Part shown: positions 23,494 through 36,352 of the stretch, piece after piece
Numbering within the stretch: the stretch's first letter is position 1
Layout: every line of letters starts with the position of its first letter
Assembly (NCBI RefSeq): GCF_018350175.1
Contig: NC_058368.1
Coordinates: 82,586,001-82,650,000, forward strand
Direction of reading: 5' to 3'
Length of the DNA stretch: 64,000 nt
Source: Felis catus
Taxonomy: Eukaryota
Made by a program: the position numbers and the translations under genes
The notes under the pieces: generated by a model
What the model was told of the DNA's origin: nothing
The model's database searches: none
The model's input: only the letters and a program-made list of their open reading frames with translations

Positions 23494-26400
23494 ACTCCAG
23501 CTGGCAAGAAATGTCTGGGCCTAAAGTCCGCATTTATGTTCAAAAAACTATTTTTTTAACTTTAAGTGGAGAAATTGGAGATAAGAGTAAACGTCAGGAG
23601 AAAATGTTACGCATGTACCCTCATGAATCAAAGTCAGTGTCTGCTCACCAACAACTTGGTCTTTACTGACAACTTATAGAAAATGAAGTGTGTCTTCCCA
23701 AATCACAGACTCCTTCCCGTCCCTTTCAGATTCAGCATCTGGGGTCTTCCCTGGTTTAGTCACCCCCATCACATTGCGGTGCTGTCTTCTGAGCAATCTG
23801 TACCTTTCGGGGTGAGCAGAAGACGCTCCCGGGTCACAGGCCCACGAGGCACACACGCACCCACTCCATCATCTTGCACTGGGACGTTCTCAGCAAGAAG
23901 GATGTGAGGTGCTGTCACCATGCCCATGCCCGCCAACACGATAGCGAGCTAGCGCACCTTGTCACTTGGCTCCAGAAAGTGGTTATTTTACTGTCTAACT
24001 CCTAACTTTATGTAAAAAAGCAAAACCAAAGCATACAAACAAAAGAACAAAAATACCTCCCCAGAATCCCACTCTCCCTCCCCCACAAATAACCACATTG
24101 ACATTTATGTCCATATATTCCAGACCGTTTGGGGAACACAGCCTTGTAACCTGCCCTCACGACTCAGCAAACGTTACCACCCCGAAGAGCGTGGGCAGCT
24201 CCCACGTAAGGGGCCACCGGAGCCCCCGCTCTGCAGGAAGACAAAACGGGGGCTGCAGGCCAGGACCGTGCGGTCGGCCCCTTCCCCTCACATGGCAATG
24301 CAAATGCGAGCAGGTGAGAGGAGGCAGAAGGTGGCTGCACCAGGGCCGGGTCCTGGAGCAGCTGTGGGGACAGGCTCAGCACCGCGGGCACCGGGGCTGC
24401 CGGTAGCAAAGGCGAGGCTCACGTCAGGAGCCTCTCCGGCCAGGAGCTGTCACACATCCTGGGAGAAAAGGGAGCCAGTGTCACCCTCACAGTAATCACG
24501 TACACCGACAAAAGGCAATGAAGACACTAGCACTTTGTGGAACCTTCTTGCAAATGAGTGGGCTAACCCAGCACTTAAGAGGTCTTGTTTTTAACTTCTT
24601 TTCTGCCTGTAGCATCAGTACCCTCCTTCTACTGGATAAAATGGTGATTTCCTCCAGGGTAACCTTCCCCACCCCTGTAGTGCAAGCAGGAGGTAACCCT
24701 CCTGAACGGGACCAAAGATGCGCTCGGCGGACGTGCCGTGCTGTCCAGGACCCAGCCGGTCCAATGTCCTAGAGCCTTTAGTTCAGGTACACAGTAAACA
24801 GATAATGAGGTGCCATTTAAGTGATGACACAATCACAACCCTAAAAAGTTACACAAAGTTCGCTCTCAACATCATGAAGGTTTTTTCCAAGTAAGAAAGA
24901 AACTTTGCCCAAAACCACCCTTCAGAGGAAGGGGCTCCTTCGCTCTCACAAGCGGGTCTGCAGCGGATGCTCTCCCACCCCCGCTCCCCCACATCAAAAG
25001 GAGAGGAAAGAAAAGGGAAAGAGAAGAACAAACTAGGCCCTCTCCCTAAGAAATCGGCTGAGTAATCACCAGTGAGTGCTGGGGACACCACGCAGTGTGG
25101 TCACAGCCTGCTGCCGCCCCAGAGACCACCATCTGCTGGTGAGGAGGAGGAGGAGGGAGACACGTGTCCCCTTCTCTCTCACATTCTGTCTGCACTTCCT
25201 ACGGAGTCCAAACACATGCTGTGCAGCAGCTAAGCCCGAGGCTGACCTGCCCCAGAGGCTGCGGAAACTCCTGCTGGAGCTCCGTGTCCCTCCAGAGCGT
25301 GAGGCCCGGCCAGGCCGCCAAGCCCTTTGGCTCTTCGAGTTCACAGACCAGATGGAGGCTCCTGTTTTCCCGGCGACTCTGCCACCTGAAGCATCGGACC
25401 CGAGAGGAAATGCTGGTCCTGGTGGAGGCGTGCTGGGGGTGCAAGATGCCACAGCGCAGTGAGGCGGGACCTCCTCGGAGTTGACTACCCCTGGGGTGTG
25501 GCGGGCCGAGCCCACACTGCAGACTGTTGGTATCACCAGCTCATGGCCCAGTGTGTCCACTTCCTTCTGTCTTGCAGCCGCCGTTGGAGTTGGGGCCTTC
25601 TTCCTCTGGCCCCGATAGTGGCAGAGGCCCGCACATGGCCTTCTGCTCCTGGGCTCTGCCCTCCGGCCACGGCTGCTCAGGCCGGAATCTTAAAATACCG
25701 TCTTGTTCCAGCTGCTGTCCCATGCGGGCTCCTACCGTTCTCTCTCCCCTCACCGTGGGAAACCTCAGGACACACGTTTAGACACCATTCCGTTTGGTCC
25801 CTAACCCTCTCCTCATCCTTCCTTCCCGTTTCTTTGTGCGCCTGGGGTACAGCTCCACTAGGCCTTCTAGTTTACCAAGTCTCCCTTCAGCTGTATCTCA
25901 GCAGCTATGTATTCATGCAGAGTTTTTCACTTTAATTCGTGTCTTTCTCATTTCTAGAAATTCTACCTGGTTCTTTTGTAAATTGGTTAATCACTTTACC
26001 ATTTCTCACCCTGTGCCTGTTTTTAATCTTGTCTCTGGTTACTTCAAATTCCTTAAACTTTGTTGGCTGACCTGCAAACTCACAGGTCTGACTCTGTGGT
26101 CTATTGTTTCAGCAAATACACACAACACTTTATCTCTTGTGTTCCTTGTGAATCTTCTCCTCGGAGAACACAGACGAAGATTCTTTAAGGTGTGGACTGA
26201 AGGATATGCTTGAATTTGCTTTGACTGGCTTTTCATCAGCTCGGTGGACGTCACAAGCTACTAATCCAGGACTACAGTAATGTACGTGCATGGACTGAGG
26301 TTTCTGGACCACAGACACAGTATGGATTCAGGCCTGCAAACTCACAAGACAGCTGATTTTCGGTTTCAAATATTTGGCGCCAAGTGGAGGCAGCAATTTT

Positions 26401-28310
26401 TCTTGCCAACTTCTTGGATGGGGGTGGATTTATTTGCCTTTTGTAAATTACTATAGAGGAGAACTCCGGGCTACCAGCTCACAAGGCCCACCAGTGTGAA
26501 TAGGGTTTTGCCTCAATACTCAATGACCAAACGCACCCATGTTTTAAGCTCCTGGAATTATACTGTTGGTGTCTTTCTTTGCTATCAGCTTTCACTTTCT
26601 GCTTACAGCACCCTCTCCTTGTCTGGCATATTAGATAAGCACTCAATAAATACTCATTGAGCTAATAAAGAAACAAACAAAAACAGCCAAGCTTGTTGAA
26701 ACTGTGTGTAAGGAGAGCATGAACATTCCACCAAGAGTCGGACGCTCTGATGAGTTGCGACCATGACGCTCTGATGAGCTCACGAGAGCTCACTGGCTTC
26801 TTGGGACACCATTTTGGGGGTTACCACTTGATTCTGGCTATTTCTCAGAGGGCTGATTCTCCAGACAGAACATATTACCACATCATCACTTTCATTTAGC
26901 TCTCGGCCTCCGTTTCCTTCTCTAGCACACTCGCTAGTGTCACCAAAGTCAGAAGCCACCATTTCTATTTCTAAACTTGTGTGAAATGCTTTGAAGACTG
27001 TGACTCCCATTCTCAGCCTTGTCTAAAACAGAGGCTCCCAAACACAGTCCAGGTCTGGGGCAGGTCCAGCTTCCCTGGGACTACAGGAACTTTCCAGGTG
27101 TATCCCCATGGGCCTCTAACATCAGCTGTGTAAACACGGGAAGGATTTATCCGGCATCAGGACAATGGAAATAACCCTGAAGGTTCCCTGGCACCACCTT
27201 CACCATCAGCCCCAAAGCCAGACTTGACTCCTGACAAAGTCCTCAGGCTTCTACAGAGAATCTTGCATGAAACAACCATGCCCACTTGGCCTCGAGGGCG
27301 GCCCTGAGTGCTGGTGGCCCTGGTGCAGACGGAGCACAAAAGGTGTCCCCGAGTTTCAGGGCCAGGAGATCCTCAACAGTCAGTGGTCTGGATGTGTCAC
27401 TGGCTCCCACTCCAGGAGCAGTACACAAGGATATAATTCATCTGCTAACACGTTCTCAGATCCCAGCTGTTTGCAGGCATCCACACGGCAGGCTTTGCCT
27501 GGATCCTTCTCTGCTCCATCAACCGCGTGATGACAAACACTCGTGCAGGAGCGGCCTCGGTGTGCTTCTCCCTGGCCACAAACCGCAACCCTAGCCCTTG
27601 CTAACACTCGCATTTTGGGGGCCCCTCTCCCCACCCCCAATGTGAACCGCTGTGACTTTTAGGGCGCCCTCACCTCCCGTTCCTGGGTGTGGTCTAGGGC
27701 AGCAACCCAGGGAACTTGTTAGGAACGCAACTCTTCCAAGTCCTGGGCAGACATCTGGGTCCCAACGAGCCTTCCAGCGATGACAGACCCTGAGCGCCTG
27801 ACCTTGAGAAGCCGTCATGTGGCCTCCTTGGTGTGAGGCCTGTTAGGTGCCTGCTCCTTGACCTGCTCTAAAGCTATCACTGAGCGGTTCCCCAGCCTCT
27901 TGCCCCCCCGTGGGCATTTACCTTCTCGCCCATCTCAGGTATGTCTCTCTAGGAAAACTGAAAGGAAGGTGGTAAAACAAAAATATTCACCCTCTCAAAA
28001 TGCTTGATTTGTGCTCTGCGCTTGTACACACCTTCTGGCTCATCTCTGACCAGGAGGTGCCCGCATGTGTCCCCGCAGGAGGTGGGCACTGCCACCAGCA
28101 CCATGCCCCCGTGCCACGCGGTCCTGGGTGCCGCAAGCACTTGGGAACAGTGGCGGTCCGCCCCCAGGTAGAAGCACATGGCCCGGAAAACCAGAGCTCG
28201 AGGGAAGGTGCCAGCTGGCCACGCACACGGAACAGTGGATGGTGGCCCCGGGCCCGGGCGCCCCGCCCTGCAGAGGGAAACGTATCCAGTGAACCATCAG
28301 CAGACATTAC

Positions 28311-28428
28311 CAGAGTGACTTCTCCACAATTTTGGTCCTAAAAACCTCCTCCTGGTCCAGGTTCACGGTGCAGTAGCAGTCTCGCATCTTGTTTGGCCCC
28401 GGGTACGTGGGAAGGTTTTTGGCTTCAC
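28311..28428 (-). CDS. RASA3: RASA3 coding exon 2 (118 nt), (G)[38 protein letters not shown](C)
   Basis: Minus strand reads ttttctttctag|GTGAAGCC...TCACTCTG|gtaatg. Hand translation matches the RASA3 C2A N-terminus; in frame with exon 3. Confidence 0.97.
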
Positions 28429-28550
28429 CTAGAAAGAAAAGGTACATAACACCATCAACTGGGCCCGGAATTACTCACAGACGCATCTCCAAATCACAGC
28501 TTTCTTTCAGAGCAGCACTGCTTTCTCCTGTGTATACTTGGTAGCTCTTT

Positions 28551-28561
28551 TGTTTGTTTGT

Positions 28562-28598
<37 letters not shown>

Positions 28599-28748
28599 AA
28601 ACAGGAAGGGGCAGAGAGAGAGTCCCAAGCAGGCTCTGCACCATCAGCACAGAACCCAACGTGGGGCTCAAACTCACAACACGAGATCATGACCTGAGCT
28701 AAAATCAAGAGTCGGACACTTAACCGACTGCGCCACCCAGGCGCCCCC
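28551..28748 (-). mobile_element. Can-SINE about 120 nt upstream of the exon 2 acceptor
   Basis: Reverse SINE ending ccacccaggcgcccc with a (GA)n tract; ta(g/a)ctcttt flanks. Confidence 0.95.
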
Positions 28749-28949
28749 CATTAACTCTTTATAATGTCCTGGTTTTCTTGTCACCACAAGTCACAATGTC
28801 ACAGTGAATACCATTTGCACAATTAGAATGCAAGGGAACACACACATTAACCTCCAAAACAGACTGAAAAACTAGGGATCCATGGGCCTACCATTTGGGG
28901 TTATTAGTTTTGTTTTATTCACACTAGCCCCCTTAATTTTGTTTAATAT

Positions 28950-29320
28950 TTAAATGATAGTAAGGTACATATAAACTAAAATTTATCATCTTAACCACCT
29001 TTAAGTGTAGAGCTGAGCAGTGTCAGGTGTATTTACACTGTTGGGCAACCAATCTCTATAACTTTTTCATGTTGCAAAACTGGAACTCTGCACCCCCCCC
29101 CCCAGGCCCTGGCACCCACCCTCCCACTTTCTATGTGTGAATCTGGCCACTGGAGATTAATTCACAGAAGTGGGATCATTCAGCCTCTGTCCTGTGACTG
29201 GCTGACTCCCTCAGCACAACGCCCTCAGGTTCATCCATGTTGTCCCAGGTGTCAAGATCTCCTTCCCTGTCAGGGCTATAGGTGGGTCACACTGTATACA
29301 GATGGGTCCATTCACCCCCT
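28950..29320 (-). mobile_element. Old L1 3' end fragment
   Basis: aaaatttatcatcttaaccacctttaagtgta and caggttcatccatgttg, typical antisense L1M 3' UTR motifs. Confidence 0.75.
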
Positions 29321-32300
29321 GGGTCACTTTCTAGTCTGAATTTGATTTGATAGCATTAGAACAAAATTGGGGCAATAATTAAGGAGGACTCTCTTTCATT
29401 GACAAGCTGTTTAAAATACAGAGTGATTAGCCAGTTAGAAGTGAGTCCCGAAGGGGGGACCTGCGGCACAGATGTGGGCCGAGTGTCTCCCCCTCACGGC
29501 CCCTCCTCCACATGGAAGTGTGGCTGGAGTGAAGGAGAAACCCACAGGCAGCAGCACGGCTGGCCAAAAATGCCAGACTCCTCACTGACCTGGGTCTGTC
29601 TAGAGGCCATCATCAGAACCACAACCTATGTCCTCCACTAGAAATGCACAAGTGTGAACAGCAGGCCCAAACAGCCCCGTCCACTTGCAAACTGAGAGCG
29701 ATGGGTAGCTTGCAGCATGGACAGCTGATGTCCAGGTGACGTCTCCTCCGAGGAAGAAAAGCCTCAAACACACTCTTGCCTCTAAGTCTTCTGGGGGGCG
29801 TCTGCAGGCACTGGACCCAGTGCTGGGGAGACAGAGAGGTTCTGAGAGCCCAGCACCACACCATCCACCCAACACGGCCAGTAAATACCTGTCACACCGT
29901 AAGACCAAACTACCTCATTCTTGTCGAAACTGAAAAACACACCAAAAACCAACCCCAAACCGGAGCCCAAGTTCCTCCGAGCTCAGCGCCAAAGCCACCT
30001 GGCACACACCGTCCTCCACAGAACTCCAGCAAAACCAGACATCATCACTCACTTGGGGGAAATGAGCTCATTTAAAAGATGCCACTTTGCAAACAGACAT
30101 ATGCAAGAGTCCCCAGGAGGGCAGAGAGTGCCTTGATTTGTTCCAAGCTCTCAACTTTTCATTTAATGTCATTACAGAGTAGAACAAGTTGGGAGAGGGC
30201 GCTGACCTGGGTGGGGCTTTCTGTGCCCAAACATCTTACTTCTGACCAAAGTGTCCTTCAGGACTCCTAAGAGCACCAGGTGTAATCTGTGCGGGTGGCC
30301 CCTTCCTGCACACGGCCAGAACGTGAGACCCGCTTCCGAGCCTCAGTTTCACCAGCTGTGAGAACATGAGAACACACTAGCTCTCCAAGCCTCCTCCAAC
30401 ACCAAAAGTGTTTTAATTTCAAAGATTCCAGAGGTTTTTCTTTTGGGAATCATCACTGGCTCTTAGTTGGTGAGGAAAGAAATAACAGATGAGCGTTTTC
30501 TTGCACGGCCACCTCAACATTGCAACGCTCCGGAACACACCATTTTTAACATGAGTCCAGCCCATGAAAACATGGCCAACCGGGTAAAAGGCACGTGAAT
30601 CTGAGCCAAGCTTCAAGTCAGCTGTTAACATCAAAAAACAGACTTTGTGAAGACTCCTGGCAGATGTGAAAGGTCAGAAAAACGTGTGCGCAGGGTGGGG
30701 GACCAATCCCAGCACCAAGGGCTGTGGCGGCGTCTTCAGGGACAGAAGGGCAGGTGGGGAGGTGCAGGATGGACATATGGCTCCTTCTGCTGAGCTGACC
30801 CAACAGGGCAGTCACATCACACACGTCACCCTGAACCAGCCCTTTCAAAAGTCTTCCGGTTCTGGACTGAGAACTGATCACTTTTGCCACGTTCACAAAT
30901 CTTTAGCCTCATAAGCAGCCCGAATCTGTGGACGTCCCAGCTGACGCCTGTATGATGTGAATCAGGGCTTCCCACACTTCCCTTCGGAATTTCTTTTTGC
31001 AGCAGATGAGATACTTAGCTGCAAGTTCCTGTGTTCCTTAAAAGGAGAAGAGAAACTTGTCTGAAAGCTTCATGGGAGATGATGGTTGGTGGAAATCACA
31101 GAACTGGGATTTTGCTCCTGTTTGTTCTCCAAAGAACCTCGGAGCAGCAGGAACAGTGGCTGACACTCCTCTTCAAGGTGAGCACCGTCAGGGCACAAGA
31201 GAAAGATGAGCCCTCCCTGGACAAGATGACACTTGACACTGAAAGTGCCTGTGTGAACACAGACTGCCGCGTTCCTCCCACCCTGCTGGCCCCAGGCGGA
31301 GGGTTACAGAGGCATCCTGGCCGCCATGACGATGGTGCCACAGACAGCCAACCTTAACAGGCCACTCAGACCAGCAGTGGTGGGGGCAGTGGGCAGCATC
31401 GCCGGCCACGTCCTATGCCTGGGGTCCTCACAGTTGGGGCGGAAAGGTGGACAATGATAAGCTACCCCGAGTCTCTGCGTGGAGCCCCGCTGCAGAAGGG
31501 GGTGGGGGTGTCTCAGCTCTCAGGTGGTCCATCCAACCACATGAGGCACCAGCACCACTTCTTCCACGTTGACTACTTGTCCCACAATCTAGAGGCCGTT
31601 TCCCTGGCTGACTGTGTCATGGTGCCTCCCTTTTCCTAGCATGTGGAGACACTTACCCAGGAAAGTAAAGCTCTCCTGGCATACAGTAGGTGCTGAATTA
31701 TTTGTTGAGCGAACAGATAAACAAATGACCACAAGGTAAAAGAAGTTTCATTCTAAGAACCAGAGTAGGATCATTTTCCTCCGTGTGACCACATCTGAAA
31801 TGTACCCTCGGCACCAAGAAGAGCCGTGTGCTGCAGACGGCAGCTCTGTCAGCCCTGAGAAAGCAGCCCCTGCCCGGTCCGGGCAGGCCGCTGGCCTCAA
31901 GGTGCCGAGAGAGAGACAAGCCCCATCCCTGAAAGTGGATGTCGGAGGTCACAGACCCCAGTGCCCCAGGAGAGACTCCGGCGACGGCAGGGGCGGGGGG
32001 GGGGGGACAGTCTGATCCTGCCTGCTGCCCCCAACACCCCAGAAAGAGAAGGATAGAGGGAAGCAGGTGGGTGGAGAGCTCCGCTGACAAACCACCTCTC
32101 TTCCAGCTGTGAGCCTCGGGCGTCCTTCCTGCGTATGCTCTGAGCCACCACATCCACACCCCTTAGTGGCCCCCCAGCCCGTGGCCTCCACCTGTGAAGG
32201 GGAATATTGTGGGAGAACACAGGCAGGTCTCTTGGCCACTCTGGTTCAGAATACTCAAACGGGCCCAGAGATTCCAGTCACTAACTTATGCTAACAACAT

Positions 32301-33828
32301 AAAAGTCTATTTCCCCAAAAAGATCAATTCCATGATTAAAATATTCTCTTTCCCTGAGTATATATTTTTGAATACCTTGCTATCTTATCTTGATATTACA
32401 TAGAACACAACTGCATAAAAACAGACAAAATTGGGATTTCTAAATCAAGCTACATGCGACCTTCCCTGCTGCATGCAGACTCGTCCTGAAAACCCCACGT
32501 TGAGCTGCCTGGACCCCCGCAGGGCACGACCTCACAACCACTACCGCTTGCTTCCTCTGCCTCCGGAAGGGTCACGGCCCAGGAAGGGGTACTGACGCAC
32601 CTTTCAGATTTCCTCCAGTAGGTAAGAGACAAGCATAAAATAAGGCTATTCACAGGGAAATTAAAAGCTCAAAATACAATGAAAAGAAGGAAAACACGTA
32701 TCCAGCTGTCCCTCCCCCACCACATGTGACTCAGTGGTCAACTGAGCTCTGAGTTCCCTAGTAGCTAAGGCAAGAATGGAAACAAGGCAGAACACACTCT
32801 TCAGACTTTCTCTGAAAATAAAGCACACCATTCTTCCTCGGGAAACACTGTTCTACAGCAAGGAGGTGACGGACTGGGCCTGTCTTCTGTGCTCCTTTTA
32901 CAAGAGATCACGTGGCTACTTCTCAGCCCGTCTGTCATGAGACGAGGCACACAAACTACAGTTGCTGTGAGAGTCGTGGTGAACAAGGTGGGGTGGCCCC
33001 ACTCAGCTCAAGGCCAGGCCTCCACGTGCTTACCATGGACTCAGACGGCCATCTCCACAGCCAACCTGTCCCACGGCCAAGGCTCCTGGAGACATCTGGA
33101 TGGCCCAAGTTCAGTTGAGGGGCCTGGTAAGACCCCCAAGGAGGACAGCAGAGCCAGGCCCCAGCGGTCCTCAGCCAGGCCTCTGCCCTCAGACGGACAG
33201 CATCCAGCCACACGGCCCCTCACTGGGCTCCTCTGTCCTCCCCGAGAAACCTGGGACATGGCTGGGTCTCACTTCTGTCTTTGCCTCCAGCATCTAAAAC
33301 AGCATACTACTCTGGCAAACAGTAATGATCCTGTAAACGTTAGCTCAAATGAAAAGTGAGTGAATGCACTAATAAAATGACCAGCTGGGCAGGGCTTTGA
33401 GAGTACTGATTCCACACCTCTGCTGGGTATTTCGCAGGCGTCTTTGAGAGCCAAGGTGCATAATCAGGACCAGGGAGCTGGACCATCCAGCAGTGATTGG
33501 GCAAGGACAGGGCCCTGTGGATTCCACCCCAGTCCAGGATGTGTGCTGCACCCTGAGCCAATGATCGGGCCCCTGGAAGCCACTGCTGGAGGGACAGCAC
33601 AGGTGCTCTGGGAGACTGCATGAGCAGAGCCTGAACTCCCAATACCCTTGCGGACCCACAACATGTGACAGAGGCATCTGGGATCCCCAGCCCCTCCACC
33701 AGCCGACTGCCACAGCCTATCTGGACCTCACAGTACTGAGGATTCACCCGGCCAAATCCAGCCCAACCCACCAGTCCCAAATCCCTGGCCCCAAAGCTGT
33801 GAGATACAGGTGGCTGTTTCTAAGCCTT

Positions 33829-34080
33829 AAAACTGTGAGGAAGCCTATTCCCAGGACACATGCAAGTCCAAAGCCTCACAAGCTCATACAGGTCTACCCA
33901 ACGCACACACAGCTTCCTCATATCACAAGCTCATACGGTATTAGCCGGGCACACACAATTTCTCACGTTAGAAGCTCATAGAGGACTACCCAGGACAAAT
34001 GCAATTTACTCATTTTCTGAGCTCCTATACTGCTAACCGGGGCGCACACTATGTCCTCAGGTCCTGATCTCATACACTGG
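33829..34080 (+). repeat. Highly diverged ~47-bp tandem repeat, 5-6 copies
   Basis: Units of 47, 45, 47 and 47 nt from 33876, consensus approx. tcacaagctcatacaggnctacccnggcacacacaatttnctca. Confidence 0.75.
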
Positions 34081-36111
34081 AAGTCAAGTGGCTTTCCTTT
34101 TCCTCCCCCTCCGGCACACTGCTGATGACCTTAATCATGCAATTACTCCAGTGACAGGGTCTGACCCCATCCAGCCATCATCTTATCTGTGTGTCACAGC
34201 CCTGAGGGGCTCAGGACATGTGTCCTGTGGGCGGCACGGGGTGGCTACAGGAGATACTTTGCACATGCCGTGGTGTGATTCGGTTCCTATTGTGCATCCG
34301 TTATCCCAGATTGGAGAGGGGAAATAAAACGTGATAGACAGACACCCACGGTGAGCCAGATGATGGCACAGCCCGGTCTGTGGGGACCTTTGAAGGCTGA
34401 ACCAGCCAGAGCCACAGCTGGGTGACCTGACCAGTCCCCTCCTAAGAGGTCATCATAGCAGCAAGAGAGAGCAGAGCAGTTCTGTCATGATGAACTGTGC
34501 CAGCATGCTTTACAATTTCAGGATCCAACTGCTTTTTTTAACATTCCTTAACAGACCAAGAGACTGGAACAAAGAAGCTTAAAGCCCCCGAGTGAGTGTG
34601 CAGGAGGCCTGCCTGCTCTTGCCAAAGCCATATCAGACAAGGGCTCTCACCAGGGCCCCACACAGGACCCTGGACCGGGGTGGCCCTGCTGGTCCTTCGC
34701 CTCATGGTCACCTTACATTTACCCCCTAGAAAAGGGGCTGTTGCCCCGACCTTGATTTCCATTTGTCAGGAAGGTAGCATTCTGAGCCTGTGAGTAGAAG
34801 ACGCTGCCCCCCTGCCGGCCACACTGCCATAAAAACACATAAATCAGGTGTCGTGTCCTCAGGCCGTGGCTCCACAGAGGCCGGGGAGACACCCTGTATT
34901 GGGTGCTCCCCTCAGGTCTCAGCCTGGGGCCCTTACCGAACACGGTGCTAAGACACAGTCTGCTCTCTAAATGCTGAGTTAGCGGATGTCATTTAAAAAT
35001 GGAGTGATTTCACATTTATTTTAAATCCTTTAGAAAACTCTGAGGATCTGGCCATGCCCATCGCCACTTCCCCTTGCTGAAACAGTTGCAGCAGGTCTGG
35101 TGGGGTGGCCCCTCTCAGGGGGCACCTGCTGGCCTTGTGCATTTGGAACCACCGTGCCACACATTTGGGGGACAGCCCAGACCTGTTCAGGTCTTTTTGT
35201 GCATGTGGTTGTCAGAATCCATCGCTCGAGAAAAGCCACCCCATGGTGGAAATGTCGCCAAAATACAAACCCAAGGGCCCTGGCTTCTCATGCAGTCTGC
35301 CCTCCCTGACCCCTCACTGAGTCTGCCTACACCCCACTCTCCAGAGTGCCTGTCAGCCAGGGGGCAACCGCCCCAGAGCCCTCCACCTCCCCAACAGTGC
35401 AAGCGGCATCTGGGGTCCCCTTGGAAAATGGAATCTCTAGCTGGAAGGCCACCTGTGGCAGACTGCGGGAGGAGGGGGACTCTGGGGCAAAGGCCTATAG
35501 CGCATCTGCAGGGACGGAGGGCAGGCTGGCACCCACTTGCTAGGAGCGCCTCCCCCCTCCACGCCCCTCGCTCTGGGTCACCCCTGGCATCACTTAATCC
35601 CATGGTTCCTGAATGGCCGGGCAGACCCCTGTGCCAGGACCACTGCTACAGGTGCATGGAGCCCCCTTCACGTGGCGCTAGGGCTGCCAGGACGGGGTGA
35701 GAACGGAGGAGGCGGCCTCGGAAGTCTGAAGAACGGCCCCTGAATGAGAAACAGAAGCCTAAGACACTACAACGCCAAGACAGAAAATCAGTCACTTCTC
35801 CATTTTCCAATTAGTTCTGTACACAACAGCACATCCTCAGAATTATTTACATGTTCAATTTTGAACCGAACTCAAACTATTCAGCACCAAAAAGACACAA
35901 AACAGTAGCTAACCTCACCCTCTCACTTAAAATCTAGTCTTTTCCCAAGCGGGGAGAAATGCATGTTCTAATCTCACACTTTTCCAATGAAGCTAGAGGT
36001 GAAAACAGTGTTCTTGGACAATACCTCGATGCTGAAATAAAAAGCTGGAAAATTAAGAAAAGTGAAAAAGAAACCACCAGTTTCCTCTTCATTTTTAAAA
36101 TATTGTGTTGA

Positions 36112-36352
36112 GGGGCGCCTGGGTGGCGCAGTCGGTTAAGCGTCCGACTTCAGCCAGGTCACGATCTCGCGGTCCGTGAGTTCGAGCCCCGCATCAGGCT
36201 CTGGGCTGATGGCTCAGAGCCTGGAGCCTGTTTCCGATTCTGTGTCTCCCTCTCTCTCTGGCCCTCCCCCGTTCATGCTCTGTCTCTCTCTGTCCCAAAA
36301 ATAAATAAAAACGTTGAAAAATAAAATAAAATAAAATAAAATAAAATAAAAT
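36112..36352 (+). mobile_element. Young felid Can-SINE with (TAAAA)n tail
   Basis: Perfect TSD aaaatattgtgttga at 36097-36111 and 36353-36367. Confidence 0.97.

Noticed and set aside
26741..26795. Two CTGATGAG motifs, the second followed by hairpin GCTC-ACGA-GAGC, resembling a hammerhead ribozyme core
   Set aside because: The required GAAA after stem II is absent (TCAC instead) and no stems I/III are evident. It is a 14-bp direct repeat.
31645..31670. Strong minus-strand donor-like site (CTGG|GTAAGT) in intron 1 as a possible alternative exon
   Set aside because: No matching acceptor or promoter could be supported, and such motifs are expected by chance in 35 kb.
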